From Planctomycetota bacterium (GTDB lineage: Bacteria; Planctomycetota; PLA2; JAEUHO01): a DNA stretch of 64,000 nt. The stretch spans positions 224,001 through 288,000 of the forward strand of contig JBFWRP010000002.1 of assembly GCA_050248855.1 (NCBI GenBank), read 5' to 3'. Shown here piece after piece: positions 8,805 to 18,400 of the stretch (its first letter is position 1; each line of letters starts with the position of its first letter). The position numbers and the translations under genes were made by a program. The notes under the pieces are model-generated. The model was not told where the DNA came from and made no database searches. It saw nothing but the letters and a program-made list of their open reading frames with translations.

Positions 8805-10346
8805 CTAGCCGAACGTGATGCCCTGGGCGAGCGGGAGCGAGGTGCCGTAGTTGACGGTGCAGGTCTGGCGGCGCATGTAGGCCTTCCAGGCGTCCGAGCC
8901 GGCTTCGCGACCGCCGCCCGTGTCCTTCTCGCCGCCGAAGGCGCCGCCGATCTCGGCCCCGGATGTGCCGATGTTGACGTTGGCGATCCCGCAGTCCGAG
9001 CCGACGGCCGACAGGAAGCGCTCGGCCGAGCGCATCCCGCCGGTGAACACGGCGCTCGAGAGCCCCTGGTCGACCTCGTTGTTCTTGGCGATCGCCTCGT
9101 CGAGATCGTCCACGACCTGCACGTAGAGCAGGGGCGCGAACGTCTCCTCCTTGACGATGTCGGCCGTGGGGCCGTCGGGCATGCGCACGATCGTCGGCGC
9201 CACGTAGAAGCCCGGCGTGTCCTTGTAGGCGTCGATGGCCTCGAGGCCGCCTGTCACCACCTCGCCGCCCGCGGCCACCGCGGCCTTCACCGCGTGGCGC
9301 ATGGCGTCCACGCTACGGCGATCGATCAAGGGCCCCATCAGCACGCCGTCGTCCATCGGGTTGCCCACGCGCACGTGGGCGTACGAGCGCTTCAACCGCG
9401 CGACCACCTCGTCGGCGATGTCGCGGTGCAGCAGCAGGCGGCGCGTCGTGGTGCAGCGTTGACCCGCCGTGCCGACGGCGCCGAAGAGCACCGCCCGCTC
9501 GACAAGATCCAGATCCGCATCGGGCATGACGATCAGCGCGTTGTTCCCGCCCAGCTCGAGCAGCGTGCGACCCAGACGCGCGGCCACGACCTGGCCCACG
9601 TGGCGGCCCATGCGGCACGAGCCCGTGGCACTGATCAGCGGCAGCCGGCGGTCGGCGATCATCGTCTCGCCGACGGTCTTGTCCGGGCCGATGACCAAGC
9701 AGAAGACGTCGGCCGGGTCCGCGTCCTCGGGCTGGAACACGTCCTGCTCGGCCATGACGCGACGACACAGGCCGTTCAGCGCGATCGCCGTGAGCGGAGC
9801 GACCGGGCTCGGCTTCCAGATCATCGAGTCGCCGCAGACGGCCGCAATCATCGAGTTCCAGGCCCACACGGCCATGGGGAAGTTGAAGGCCGTGATGATG
9901 CCGACCACGCCCAGCGGGTGCCACTGCTCGAACATGCGGTGGTCGGGGCGTTCGCTGTGCATGGAGAGGCCGTACAGCTGACGCGACAGCCCGACCGCGA
10001 AGTCGGCGATGTCGATGCACTCCACGACCTCGCCCACGCCCTCTTCGCGGATCTTGCCCATCTCCCGGGTGATGAGCTCACCCAGGTCGTCGACGTGCTC
10101 CCGGATGGCGTTGCCGATCCGGCGTACCACTTCGCCGCGCTTGGGCGCCGGCAGCTGGCGCCACGCGCGGAACGCGGCCTCCGCGCGGATCACGATCGCC
10201 TCGTACGCGGCCGCGTCGTCCAGGCGGAGGCCGGCGAGAGGCTTGCCCGTCGCCGGGTCCAGACTGTCGATGTCGCCTTGGCCCGGCAGTGTCACGCGCG
10301 GGTCGTCGGGAACCCGAAGGCGGGCGAGAAGAGGTTCGTACGGCAT
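8805..10346 (-). CDS. ALDH7-family aldehyde dehydrogenase (aminoadipate-semialdehyde/P6C dehydrogenase-like)
   Basis: GLSRQLYG, IITAFNFP, SATGS, LELGGNNA, GTAGQRCTTTRR, EETFAP, SDCGIANVNIGTSGAEIGGAFGGEK, SDAWKAYMRRQT. Confidence 0.93.
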   Translation of the reverse strand: MPYEPLLARLRVPDDPRVTLPGQGDIDSLDPATGKPLAGLRLDDAAAYEAIVIRAEAAFRAWRQLPAPKRGEVVRRIGNAIREHVDDLGELITREMGKIREEGVGEVVECIDIADFAVGLSRQLYGLSMHSERPDHRMFEQWHPLGVVGIITAFNFPMAVWAWNSMIAAVCGDSMIWKPSPVAPLTAIALNGLCRRVMAEQDVFQPEDADPADVFCLVIGPDKTVGETMIADRRLPLISATGSCRMGRHVGQVVAARLGRTLLELGGNNALIVMPDADLDLVERAVLFGAVGTAGQRCTTTRRLLLHRDIADEVVARLKRSYAHVRVGNPMDDGVLMGPLIDRRSVDAMRHAVKAAVAAGGEVVTGGLEAIDAYKDTPGFYVAPTIVRMPDGPTADIVKEETFAPLLYVQVVDDLDEAIAKNNEVDQGLSSAVFTGGMRSAERFLSAVGSDCGIANVNIGTSGAEIGGAFGGEKDTGGGREAGSDAWKAYMRRQTCTVNYGTSLPLAQGITFG

Positions 10347-10453
10347 GCTCGCGAGGCTACCGCGCACGACGCAGCGAGGCGACGTGAGGTCGCGGCGAAG
10401 GGCGCAAGCCGCATTCCTCGCCAGACCTTCCGCGCCCGGGTAGGGAAGTCGCG

Positions 10454-11539
10454 ATGCACGACGTCCTGCTCGTCGGTGCTGGCCGCGTCGGCCGCACCGT
10501 GGTCCACATGCTGGGAGCCGAAGCGGGCTACCGCGTCCGCGTCGCGGATCGCGACCCGGCGCGCGCAGCCGCGGTGGCCGCCGAGACCGTACGCGCAGAG
10601 GCCTTCGGCGAGCCGGTCGATCAGCCTGCGGCGCTGAAGCGGGCGCTGGGCGGCATGCGGGCCGTGATCTCCGCGGCGCCCTTCACGGAGAACCGCACGA
10701 TCGCCGAGGCCGCCGCGGACGCCGGCGTCCATTACCTCGACCTCACGGAGGACGTCTCCGTCACGCGCTTCGTGAAGGAGCTGGCCGCGTCGGGCCGCGG
10801 CGCGGCGTTCGTGCCCCAGTGCGGCGTCGCGCCGGGGTTCATCACCCTGGTGGGCATGCACCTCGTGGAGCAGCTGGACCGCGTCGACACGCTGACGCTG
10901 CGCGTCGGCGCCTTGCCCGACCAGCCCAACAACCGCCTCAAGTACAACCTGACGTGGTCCACGGAGGGGCTCGTCAACGAGTACCTCCACCCGTGCGAGG
11001 CGCTGCGCGGCGGCAAGCTGGTGACGGTGCCGCCGCTCGAGGGCAAGGAAGAGATCATCGTGGACGGCGTCGCCTACGAGGCGTTCACGACGTCCGGGGG
11101 CGTGGGCACCCTTTGCCACACGCTCGAGGGCCGCGTGAAGCGCTTGGACTACAAGACCATGCGCTACCCGGATCACCTCGAGCTGATCCGCTTCCTGCTG
11201 GACGACCTGCGCTTCCGCGAGTCGCCCGAGGAGCTGGTGCGGATCTTCCAGCGCTCCATTCCCACGACGCGCGACGACGTCGTCCTGGTCTCGGCGCGCG
11301 CGCTGGGCTACGTGGGCGACCAGTTCGTGGAGCGCACGTGGTGGCGGCGGGTGGGCAGCCAGATGATCGGAACGCACGCGTTCACCGGCATCGAGCTGTC
11401 CACGGCAGCCGGTGTCGCAGGACCGCTGCACCTGCTGCTCGACGGGCACCTGCCGGCGAAGGGCTTGATCAAGCTCGAGTCGATCCCGTTGGCGGACTTC
11501 CTGGCCACGCCCTTCGGCCGCTGGATCGGCCGTGCCTGA
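10454..11539 (+). CDS. Saccharopine dehydrogenase / lysine 6-dehydrogenase family protein
   Basis: GAGRVG Rossmann motif, HYLDLTED, QCGVAPG, VGALP, YNLTWSTEGLVNEY, EAFTTSGG, YKTMRYPDH. Confidence 0.88.
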   Translation: MHDVLLVGAGRVGRTVVHMLGAEAGYRVRVADRDPARAAAVAAETVRAEAFGEPVDQPAALKRALGGMRAVISAAPFTENRTIAEAAADAGVHYLDLTEDVSVTRFVKELAASGRGAAFVPQCGVAPGFITLVGMHLVEQLDRVDTLTLRVGALPDQPNNRLKYNLTWSTEGLVNEYLHPCEALRGGKLVTVPPLEGKEEIIVDGVAYEAFTTSGGVGTLCHTLEGRVKRLDYKTMRYPDHLELIRFLLDDLRFRESPEELVRIFQRSIPTTRDDVVLVSARALGYVGDQFVERTWWRRVGSQMIGTHAFTGIELSTAAGVAGPLHLLLDGHLPAKGLIKLESIPLADFLATPFGRWIGRA

Positions 11540-12203
11540 ACACGGGCCCCTCGTGCTCCGGCTCGCGTTCCTCGGCGCGTGGCAGAGCCACCGCCGCGGC
11601 AGCTGGAACGAGGAGGTCGCGCCACACGCCGACCTCGTCTTGCCCAGCCGCTCGTTGGGTGCCGGCAAGCGCTGGCTGCGCCGCCGCGTCGAGGCCGCGT
11701 CGGCGGCTTCGGTCGAGGTCCGCTTGGTGGGCTACTCGTGGGGCGCGGTGACTGCCGGACACCTCGCGTCGGACCTCCTGGCCGACCGGGTGTTCGGGCC
11801 CGACCGCCCGAGCTCCCTGTTCGTGCGCTTGGGCCTGCTCGATCCGGTGGGGACGCTGCGCAAGTCGTTTGCGCTGCCGGCCGGCGACTCGCGGCTCCAC
11901 GCGTGGTGCGTCTTCCAGCGCAACGGCTGCTACCAGGGCTGTCCCGGACCCTCGGCGCTCTACCGCGGTCATCCGGTGCGAGGTGCGGACAACCGCGACG
12001 TCACGCATGCGGGCCTGGACGTACCGCCGGTGGATCACGTCCCCCCCGAGCGCGCGCCGGACCACTTGCAGCTGGGCTACCGGGCGTGGGGCGGGTTCGG
12101 CCGCCGCCTGGTCACCGTCCTTGGCGGCGAGGCGCCGTGGGCGCCTGACGAGGCGCTCGCCCCGGAAACGACACCGCCGAGGTCCGGCGGACCCCGGCGG
12201 TAG
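11532..12203 (+). CDS. Hypothetical protein, alpha/beta-hydrolase-like
   Basis: Overlaps the upstream stop; nucleophile elbow VGYSWGA followed by LLDPV. Confidence 0.55.
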   Translation: MPEHGPLVLRLAFLGAWQSHRRGSWNEEVAPHADLVLPSRSLGAGKRWLRRRVEAASAASVEVRLVGYSWGAVTAGHLASDLLADRVFGPDRPSSLFVRLGLLDPVGTLRKSFALPAGDSRLHAWCVFQRNGCYQGCPGPSALYRGHPVRGADNRDVTHAGLDVPPVDHVPPERAPDHLQLGYRAWGGFGRRLVTVLGGEAPWAPDEALAPETTPPRSGGPRR

Positions 12204-12253
12204 CCGTTCGCGTGCGGGAGCCCGGTCAGAGCCTGGGAAGAAATCCCAGCGTC

Positions 12254-13189
12254 TCAGTTGCTGACGGACGACAGCACGGCGTAGAGCGCTGCGGCCGGGT
12301 TCTCCCAGTTCGTGCCCTCGATGCGACCGACAAGCTGACCGCTCTTGTAGATGAGGCCTGCGGGCAGCTTGCCGATGGACCGCGCCTTGACCTCGGGGTC
12401 GTCGTAGTAGCCGGGATCTCCCCCCACGGGCGGCAGGCCGTAGAACCGGAGCGACACTTCGGTCGCCTTGGGGTTGGTCTTCTTCATCGCGGCCAGGTGC
12501 GTGTGCGCCGTGGCGATGATGCGCGGCAAGTAGCGCTCGCACTGCGTGCACCACGTGCCGAAGTACATGTCGACGCGCCACGCGCCGCCGACCGATGCCA
12601 GCTTGGCCAGCGACTCGGGGTCCGGGGTGTACATCATCACTTCGGCGTTGAAGCGCTTGTTGCTGTCCAACACCTCCTGCAGCGTCTTCCAACCGAGCAG
12701 CATCGGAGCGTCCTTGATGACGCCGCGAACGGGCTCGCTGCCCCCGGCCCGTACCAGGTCGAAGAGCAGCCACTGCATCTGCGGATCGATGCGCACCGGG
12801 CCCAGCTCGGTGAGGGCCGCGTCGAGCTTGAGATCGCGCGAGAGGTCGTCGTTGACGGTGATGTCCTCGGGGCGCACCTTGAGGACGCGCAGACCCATGC
12901 GCTTGACGATGAGCGCGCCGTAGCCGGGCACGTCCGTGACCAAGCACGAGTGGTGCGACTTGTTGCGCCCGACCTTCACGTAGCGGTCGTACACGCGCGC
13001 CCGCTCGACGGGCTCGCCGTCCAGCGTCAACAAGCGGCTGGACGGGTGGTAGGCGTTGTACTCCGGGTGCTTGTCCTGGGCCGAGGCCGAGCTGCCGGCG
13101 GCCACCCAGGCTCCGAGACCGGTCAGGAACGCCAAGGCCAGCAGGGACACGCGAGCGACGCGCGTCCTGATGGGGCGGGACGGGTTCAC
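12254..13189 (-). CDS. Exported thioredoxin-fold protein
   Basis: Signal peptide (SASAQ), FGTWCTQC (CxxC), KLPAG...GRIE; GGAGG RBS before the GTG. Confidence 0.75.
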   Translation of the reverse strand: MNPSRPIRTRVARVSLLALAFLTGLGAWVAAGSSASAQDKHPEYNAYHPSSRLLTLDGEPVERARVYDRYVKVGRNKSHHSCLVTDVPGYGALIVKRMGLRVLKVRPEDITVNDDLSRDLKLDAALTELGPVRIDPQMQWLLFDLVRAGGSEPVRGVIKDAPMLLGWKTLQEVLDSNKRFNAEVMMYTPDPESLAKLASVGGAWRVDMYFGTWCTQCERYLPRIIATAHTHLAAMKKTNPKATEVSLRFYGLPPVGGDPGYYDDPEVKARSIGKLPAGLIYKSGQLVGRIEGTNWENPAAALYAVLSSVSN

Positions 13190-13321
13190 GATCGATTCCT
13201 CCGGGGCGCGCCTCCCGGGAGCCGAGGCGTCCGGCCCCACCTTACCCGCCGGGGTGGGCCTTGCCCCCCCCGCGGCGCGCTGCAACCCGGCTCGCGAGCG
13301 CCTGCGCCGCGCAATCCGGGG

Positions 13322-14386
13322 TCACGGATCGATCCCCGGCAGCGTCGGGATGCCGGTCCACGTGGCCACGACCTTCCCGTCGTGGACCAGGAACGTGCGC
13401 GGCAAGCGGCGGTGCAGGATCGTGAGCAGCGGCTCGGGGATCGTGCGGATCTGGAACAGCGCGGGCGGGCGGTCGGCAGACGGATCACCAGCGGCCCACG
13501 GCGACTCGTTGTCGCCCTCGACGTGCGTCAGCACCCAGGGCTCGGGTGCTTGGAGCGGCGCGCCTCCAGCCGCCTCGCGTTCGTCGCTCTCGAGGTACCA
13601 AGCCTCCGCATACGCATTGAGGCGCGCGACGGCGGCGTCCATGGCGGGTTCTTCCAGACGCGAGAGGATGACGAGGTGGCGGCCCGTCGCAAGAGGAGGC
13701 ACGACGTTGCCCGGTCCGCCGAGGCACGCCATGTCCTCTCCGGACCCGACGCACAGCTCGGCCACGTCCACGCCGGGCGCCAGCTTCGTGGCGTAGTCGT
13801 CCAGCGCGTCGATGTCCGGCGCGAACCAGGCGAACACCGTGGCCGCGACGGCCAGGGCCAGCGCCGTCAGCGTGCGGCGGCGCGGGACGCGCGGCGGGCC
13901 CTTGGGTCGCCCGAGGAAGGCGAGGAGCGCAGGGAAGAGCAGCAGCCCCAGGTCCTGGAAGAAGGCCTCCTTCGGCGTCCGCGTGACGACCTTGCCGAAG
14001 CACCCGCAGCCGGTGAGCGGGTCGATCAGGCCGTGCTCGACCTTCCACCACTCGTTGGCCGTGATCGAGAGGAAGAGGGCGGTCAACAGGAGCGCGGGAA
14101 CCAGGACCCAGAGACGGCGCACGTTGAAGAGCAGGAGGGCGCCGATCAGCGTCTCCAGGAAGAGCGTGGCCAAGGCCATGAACCGTCCCGGGAGGCCGAA
14201 CGTGAGGTCGAGCTCCAGCCCGGGGACCACGATCCCGTTGGTCTCCATGTGCTCGGTGAAGCCGTCGGGATCCAGCGCCTTGCCGTAGACGCCAAACAAG
14301 AGGACGCCGCCCAGGACCAAGGCGGCCAGGACGCCGACCGCCACGGCCAGCCGCGAGGGCCGTTCGCTTGCCTCGTGCGTCGTCAC
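13322..14386 (-). CDS. MauE/DoxX-family membrane protein
   Basis: GKALDP, LETLIGALLL, GCGCFG motif, multiple TM helices, and a C-terminal periplasmic domain with LPRTFLVHDGKV. Confidence 0.75.
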   Translation of the reverse strand: MTTHEASERPSRLAVAVGVLAALVLGGVLLFGVYGKALDPDGFTEHMETNGIVVPGLELDLTFGLPGRFMALATLFLETLIGALLLFNVRRLWVLVPALLLTALFLSITANEWWKVEHGLIDPLTGCGCFGKVVTRTPKEAFFQDLGLLLFPALLAFLGRPKGPPRVPRRRTLTALALAVAATVFAWFAPDIDALDDYATKLAPGVDVAELCVGSGEDMACLGGPGNVVPPLATGRHLVILSRLEEPAMDAAVARLNAYAEAWYLESDEREAAGGAPLQAPEPWVLTHVEGDNESPWAAGDPSADRPPALFQIRTIPEPLLTILHRRLPRTFLVHDGKVVATWTGIPTLPGIDP

Positions 14387-14597
14387 GTGCGCGTCTCCCG
14401 GGGGCCCGCGAACGAGGCTACCCCTCCCTGCATCCGGTGCCCTGCGCGCCCCGCGCACGGGCGTCCGCGCGTGAGGATTCGCGAAAGGCCCCCGTCACGC
14501 GCTCGTCATGCGAGCGCGCGGCTCGGGCCTGCCCCGGCATGCGGCGGGTCCGTGAACGCTGGGGGGGTCGGTGGCGCAGGGTGGTTGCGCGAACCCG

Positions 14598-14690
14598 ATA
14601 CGGAGCCAGGGATTTGTTCCGCGATTCGCATCACGCCCAAGGAGCCGCCGGGGCGCCCTGCGGCGAGTCGCCGAACAATTCCCAGGCTCC
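14598..14690. repeat. GTAC-GGAG palindromic element, copy D (arm subtype A, degenerate)
   Basis: atacggagccagggatttgttccgcgattcgc ... gcgagtcgccgaacaattcccaggctcc. The 89-bp core has arms resembling 44893-44990. Confidence 0.7.
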
Positions 14691-14735
14691 ACCCCCGAGT
14701 TGCGCAGGGAGCCCTCTACCTCGCGCTTCCGACAC

Positions 14736-14853
14736 GCATCGGGTCGTCAGGACGAAGGTAGCGCGCCAGCATCGGCGACGACTCGTGGTCTGTTCACTCG
14801 AGGAGCCGATGCTGGTGCGGGACCGAGTATCTGGCGAGCCGCCCGTTCGTACG
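14736..14853. repeat. ~115-bp dispersed repeat ending in TTCGTAC (copy 2)
   Basis: Near-identical to 5103-5216. Confidence 0.9.
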
Positions 14854-14871
14854 CCAGGGTGCTACCGCACC

Positions 14872-15282
14872 CTACCCGCAGGCCTTGCCGCCGGCGCCGC
14901 AGGCTCCGCCGCCGGAGGGGGCGGGAGCCGGAGCCGGGGCCGGGTAGCTACCACCGTAGGGGTCCTGGTAGCTGGGCGCCGGGTAGCCGGGATCGGGGTA
15001 GGTCGGCGTCGTGTAGCCCGGATCCGTGTAGCCCGGATCCGAGTAGCCATAGCCCGAGTCGTAGCTGGGCGGCGTGTACGAGGGCTCGTAGGCGCCACCG
15101 GGCGGCGTGTAGGACGGCGCCTCGGGGGGCGTGTACGGCGTCGTGTCGCGCGGGGGCGCGGGATCGGCCGAGCCGCCACCCGAGAAGAGCCCGAGCGGGT
15201 CGGGCAGGCTCGGGCCGCCCGAGCAGGCGGCGAGCCCGGTCACGAGGCCGGCGGCGACGAGCAAGGCAAGCAGACGGGTCAT
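14872..15282 (-). CDS. Small Pro/Tyr-rich lipoprotein with C-terminal CGAGGKACG
   Basis: Lipobox LAAC after a hydrophobic signal; GGAGG RBS; YTPP and DPGY repeats. Confidence 0.75.
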   Translation of the reverse strand: MTRLLALLVAAGLVTGLAACSGGPSLPDPLGLFSGGGSADPAPPRDTTPYTPPEAPSYTPPGGAYEPSYTPPSYDSGYGYSDPGYTDPGYTTPTYPDPGYPAPSYQDPYGGSYPAPAPAPAPSGGGACGAGGKACG

Positions 15283-15466
15283 CGGAGTGACCTCCCGGAG
15301 GTTGGCGGGCCGGACGTGGATCCAGCCCGGCGCAGCACCGTACCCGTGGCGTGGGCCGCCGCGCAACCCGGGACGGGGTGCACGCCGTGCCTGCCCGCTC
15401 CCCGCCGCGAGGGCCGGCGGTCCCCTGGAGGGGAAAGCGTGGCCCCCGGGCCCTCGCCGGGGAACC

Positions 15467-18400
15467 ATGCGCGGGCCCATGGCCGCCGAGGAGATCCTGG
15501 AGCTCGCCGACGCCTACCTCGCCCACCTCGACGCGGGGGGCGGGCTGGAGCCCGAGGCGTTCCTCCACGAGCGCGGGGTCACCAGCGCGGAGGCGCTGGA
15601 CCTGCTCCGCACGCTGGCCTCGATCGAAGGCGAGCACGGGCGGCTCCCGGCGCCTGGGGAGCACGTCGGCCCGTACCGCGTCCTGGCGCGCATCGGCCGC
15701 GGTGGCATGGGCGTCGTCTATCGCGCGCAGGACACGCGCCTCGGGCGGGCCGTGGCGCTCAAGGTCTGCCGCCGCGCCGCGTTGCCGGAGCACGGCGAGC
15801 AGCGCTTCGAACGCGAGGCGCGCGCGCTGGCCTCGCTGCGCCACCCGCACGTGGTGCAGGTGTTCGACCTCGGTGGGTCGCGCGCGCTCCTCTGGTACGC
15901 GATGGAGCTCCACGAGGGCCGCACGCTCGAGGACGTGCTGGCCGACGGGCCGTGGGCCCTGCCCTTCGCCGAGCTCGCGTCCCGGTTCGCCGACGTTGCC
16001 GAAGCGCTCCACGCCGTGCACGAAGCCGGGCTGGTGCACCGCGACGTGAAGCCCGCCAACCTGCTGCTCCGTCCCGACGAGCGGCTCGTGCTCGCCGACT
16101 TCGGCGTCGTCCACTGGGACGAAGCCAGTACGCTGACCTCCACGCGCGACTTGCCGGGCACGCCTGCGTACATGGCGCCGGAGCAGGTGCGCGGCGACCC
16201 GCCGGACGCGGCGGCCGACCAGTACGGCCTCGCGGCCTGTCTGTACCAGGCGATCACCGGCGACTGGCCGCTGCGCCATCTGGGGCTGAAGGACGTCCTC
16301 GCCGAGCGCAGCCGCATGGGCATCCCCGTGCCTCGCACGCTGCGACCCGAGGTGCCCGAGGCGCTGGAGGCCGCCGTCCTGCGTGCGCTCGCGCTGGATC
16401 CCGCCGCCCGGCACCCGGACGTGGAGGCGTTCGCCATGGCCCTGCGCGCCGTCGCGCTCGCGCCGGGCTCGCGCGACCTCTGGTGCGGACGCCGCGTCGG
16501 CGATTACGAGGTCCTCGAACGTCTGGGCACGGGGGCGATGGGCGCGGTCTACCGCGCTCGTCACGTCGCGGACGACCAGCTGGTCGCGCTCAAGATCCTC
16601 CATCCGCATCGCATCGGTGGCGGCGACGCGTTGCAGCGCATCCGTCGCGAGGCCGAGGCCGGCGCCCGCGTGCTCGACCCGCACGTGCTACGCACCCACG
16701 CGTGCGCGATCGAGGTCGTGGACGGCGCGCCGGTCGTCTACCTCGTGCTCGAGCTCGTGCCGGGCCGCACGCTGCGCGAGCTGCTCGGCGACGTCGGACC
16801 GCTGCCCGAGGCCTTGCTCGTCGAGGTTGGACGTCAAGCGGCCCTCGGGCTGGCCGCCATCCACGAGGCCGGGATCGTCCATCGCGACGTCAAGCCCGAC
16901 AACCTCATGATCGACGATGCCCAGCGCGTGCGCGTCATGGACCTGGGCGTCGCCGCGGTGGCGGGCGACGAGACGAGCGGCGGCTTCGTGGGCAGCCTGC
17001 GCTACGCCGCGCCGGAGCAGATCGAGGGCCACGCCGTCGGTCCCGCCGCCGACCTGTACGCGCTCGGCGTCACGCTGTACGAGCTGGCGGCGGGCGTGCC
17101 GCCGTTCGCCGCCGACGACCCGCGCCGTCTCGTGCGCTTGCACCTGGAGGCCGCCCCCCGCTTCCCTCTCCGTGACGAGGCGCCACTCGGCCCGTTCCTC
17201 GAGAGCGTGCTCGAGACGCTGCTGGCCAAGCGGCCCGAGGAACGGTTCGCCTCGGCCGCCGAGCTGGCGGCCGTGCTCGAAGCCGGCGAGGGCGGAACGT
17301 GGTGGCAGGCCCACCGCGACCGGCGCGGGAGCGGACGGCATGCGACGTGGCCCGAGGTGCCCGTGCGTCGCAGCACGCGCCTCGTGGGACGCGACGTGTT
17401 GCGGGCCGCGCTGGATGCACGCATCGACGCGCTGCGGCATGGTCAGGGCGGCGTGGTCGTGCTACGCGGCGAGGCAGGCGCGGGCAAGTCCAGGTTGCTC
17501 GATGCGCTGCTGCGCGCCGAAGCCGGGCGCGACCTGCGCGCGATCTACGCTTCGTTCGGCGACGAGTCCGACGTGGCGGCACTTCTTGCAGGGCTCGCCG
17601 CGCACCTGGGCCCCGGGGACCCGACGCCGTTCCTCGAGCGTGCGCTGGCCTCCGCGCCCCCGCTCGTGCCGGGCCTCGCACGTGCGCTGCAAGGAGGCGG
17701 CAGCGGCGGGCTCGAGCCGGCGGCCCTGCGTCGAGGCCTTCGACTGGTGGCCGACGCGCTGGCCCGCACGACGCCGACGCTGTGGGTCGTGGACGACTTC
17801 CACGCCGCCGACGACGCGGCACGCGAGGCCGTCTTCGTGCTGGCGCGCGCCACGCGCGACGTGCCCTTGCTCGTGATCCTGGCGACCGAGCCGGGGCCGG
17901 ACGAAGCGTGGGCCCCGGCACTCTCGGGCCTCGCCGTGGACACGCGGGACGTCGGACGTCTGGATGCCGCGTCGTTGGAAGCGCTCGTGGGCTCGGTGTT
18001 CGGTGCGGCCCCGTTCGTGGCCGAGCTCGCGGCGCGGCTCCACGAGGCCAGCGACGGCCTGCCCTTCGCGGCCGTCGAAGTGCTCCATGCGCTGGTGGAT
18101 CGCGGCGTCGTCGGTCCGGACGGCGAAGGCGGCTGGCGCGCCGAGCTGCCCATCGACCGGATCGACATGCCGGACGCCGTGCAGGGCCTCTTGGCGTCGC
18201 GCTTGGCCGGGCTCGACGACGACGAGCGGCGCGTGCTGGAGCTGGGCGCCGTCGCCGGCGTCACGTTCGATCCGGACCTCGTGGCGCGCGCGCTCGGCAT
18301 GACGCGGCTGCAGGTCCTGCAGACGCTCGTGCACGTGGAGCGCCGCACGCGCTTGGTGCGCAGCAGTCGCCAGGGCGTCCAGCTGGATGTCCCACGCCTG

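Noticed and set aside
12226..12253. Hairpin tcagagcctgggaagaaatcccag resembling 19884-19912
   Set aside because: Similarity is short (about 10 bp) and could be chance or a generic terminator; not enough to call a family.
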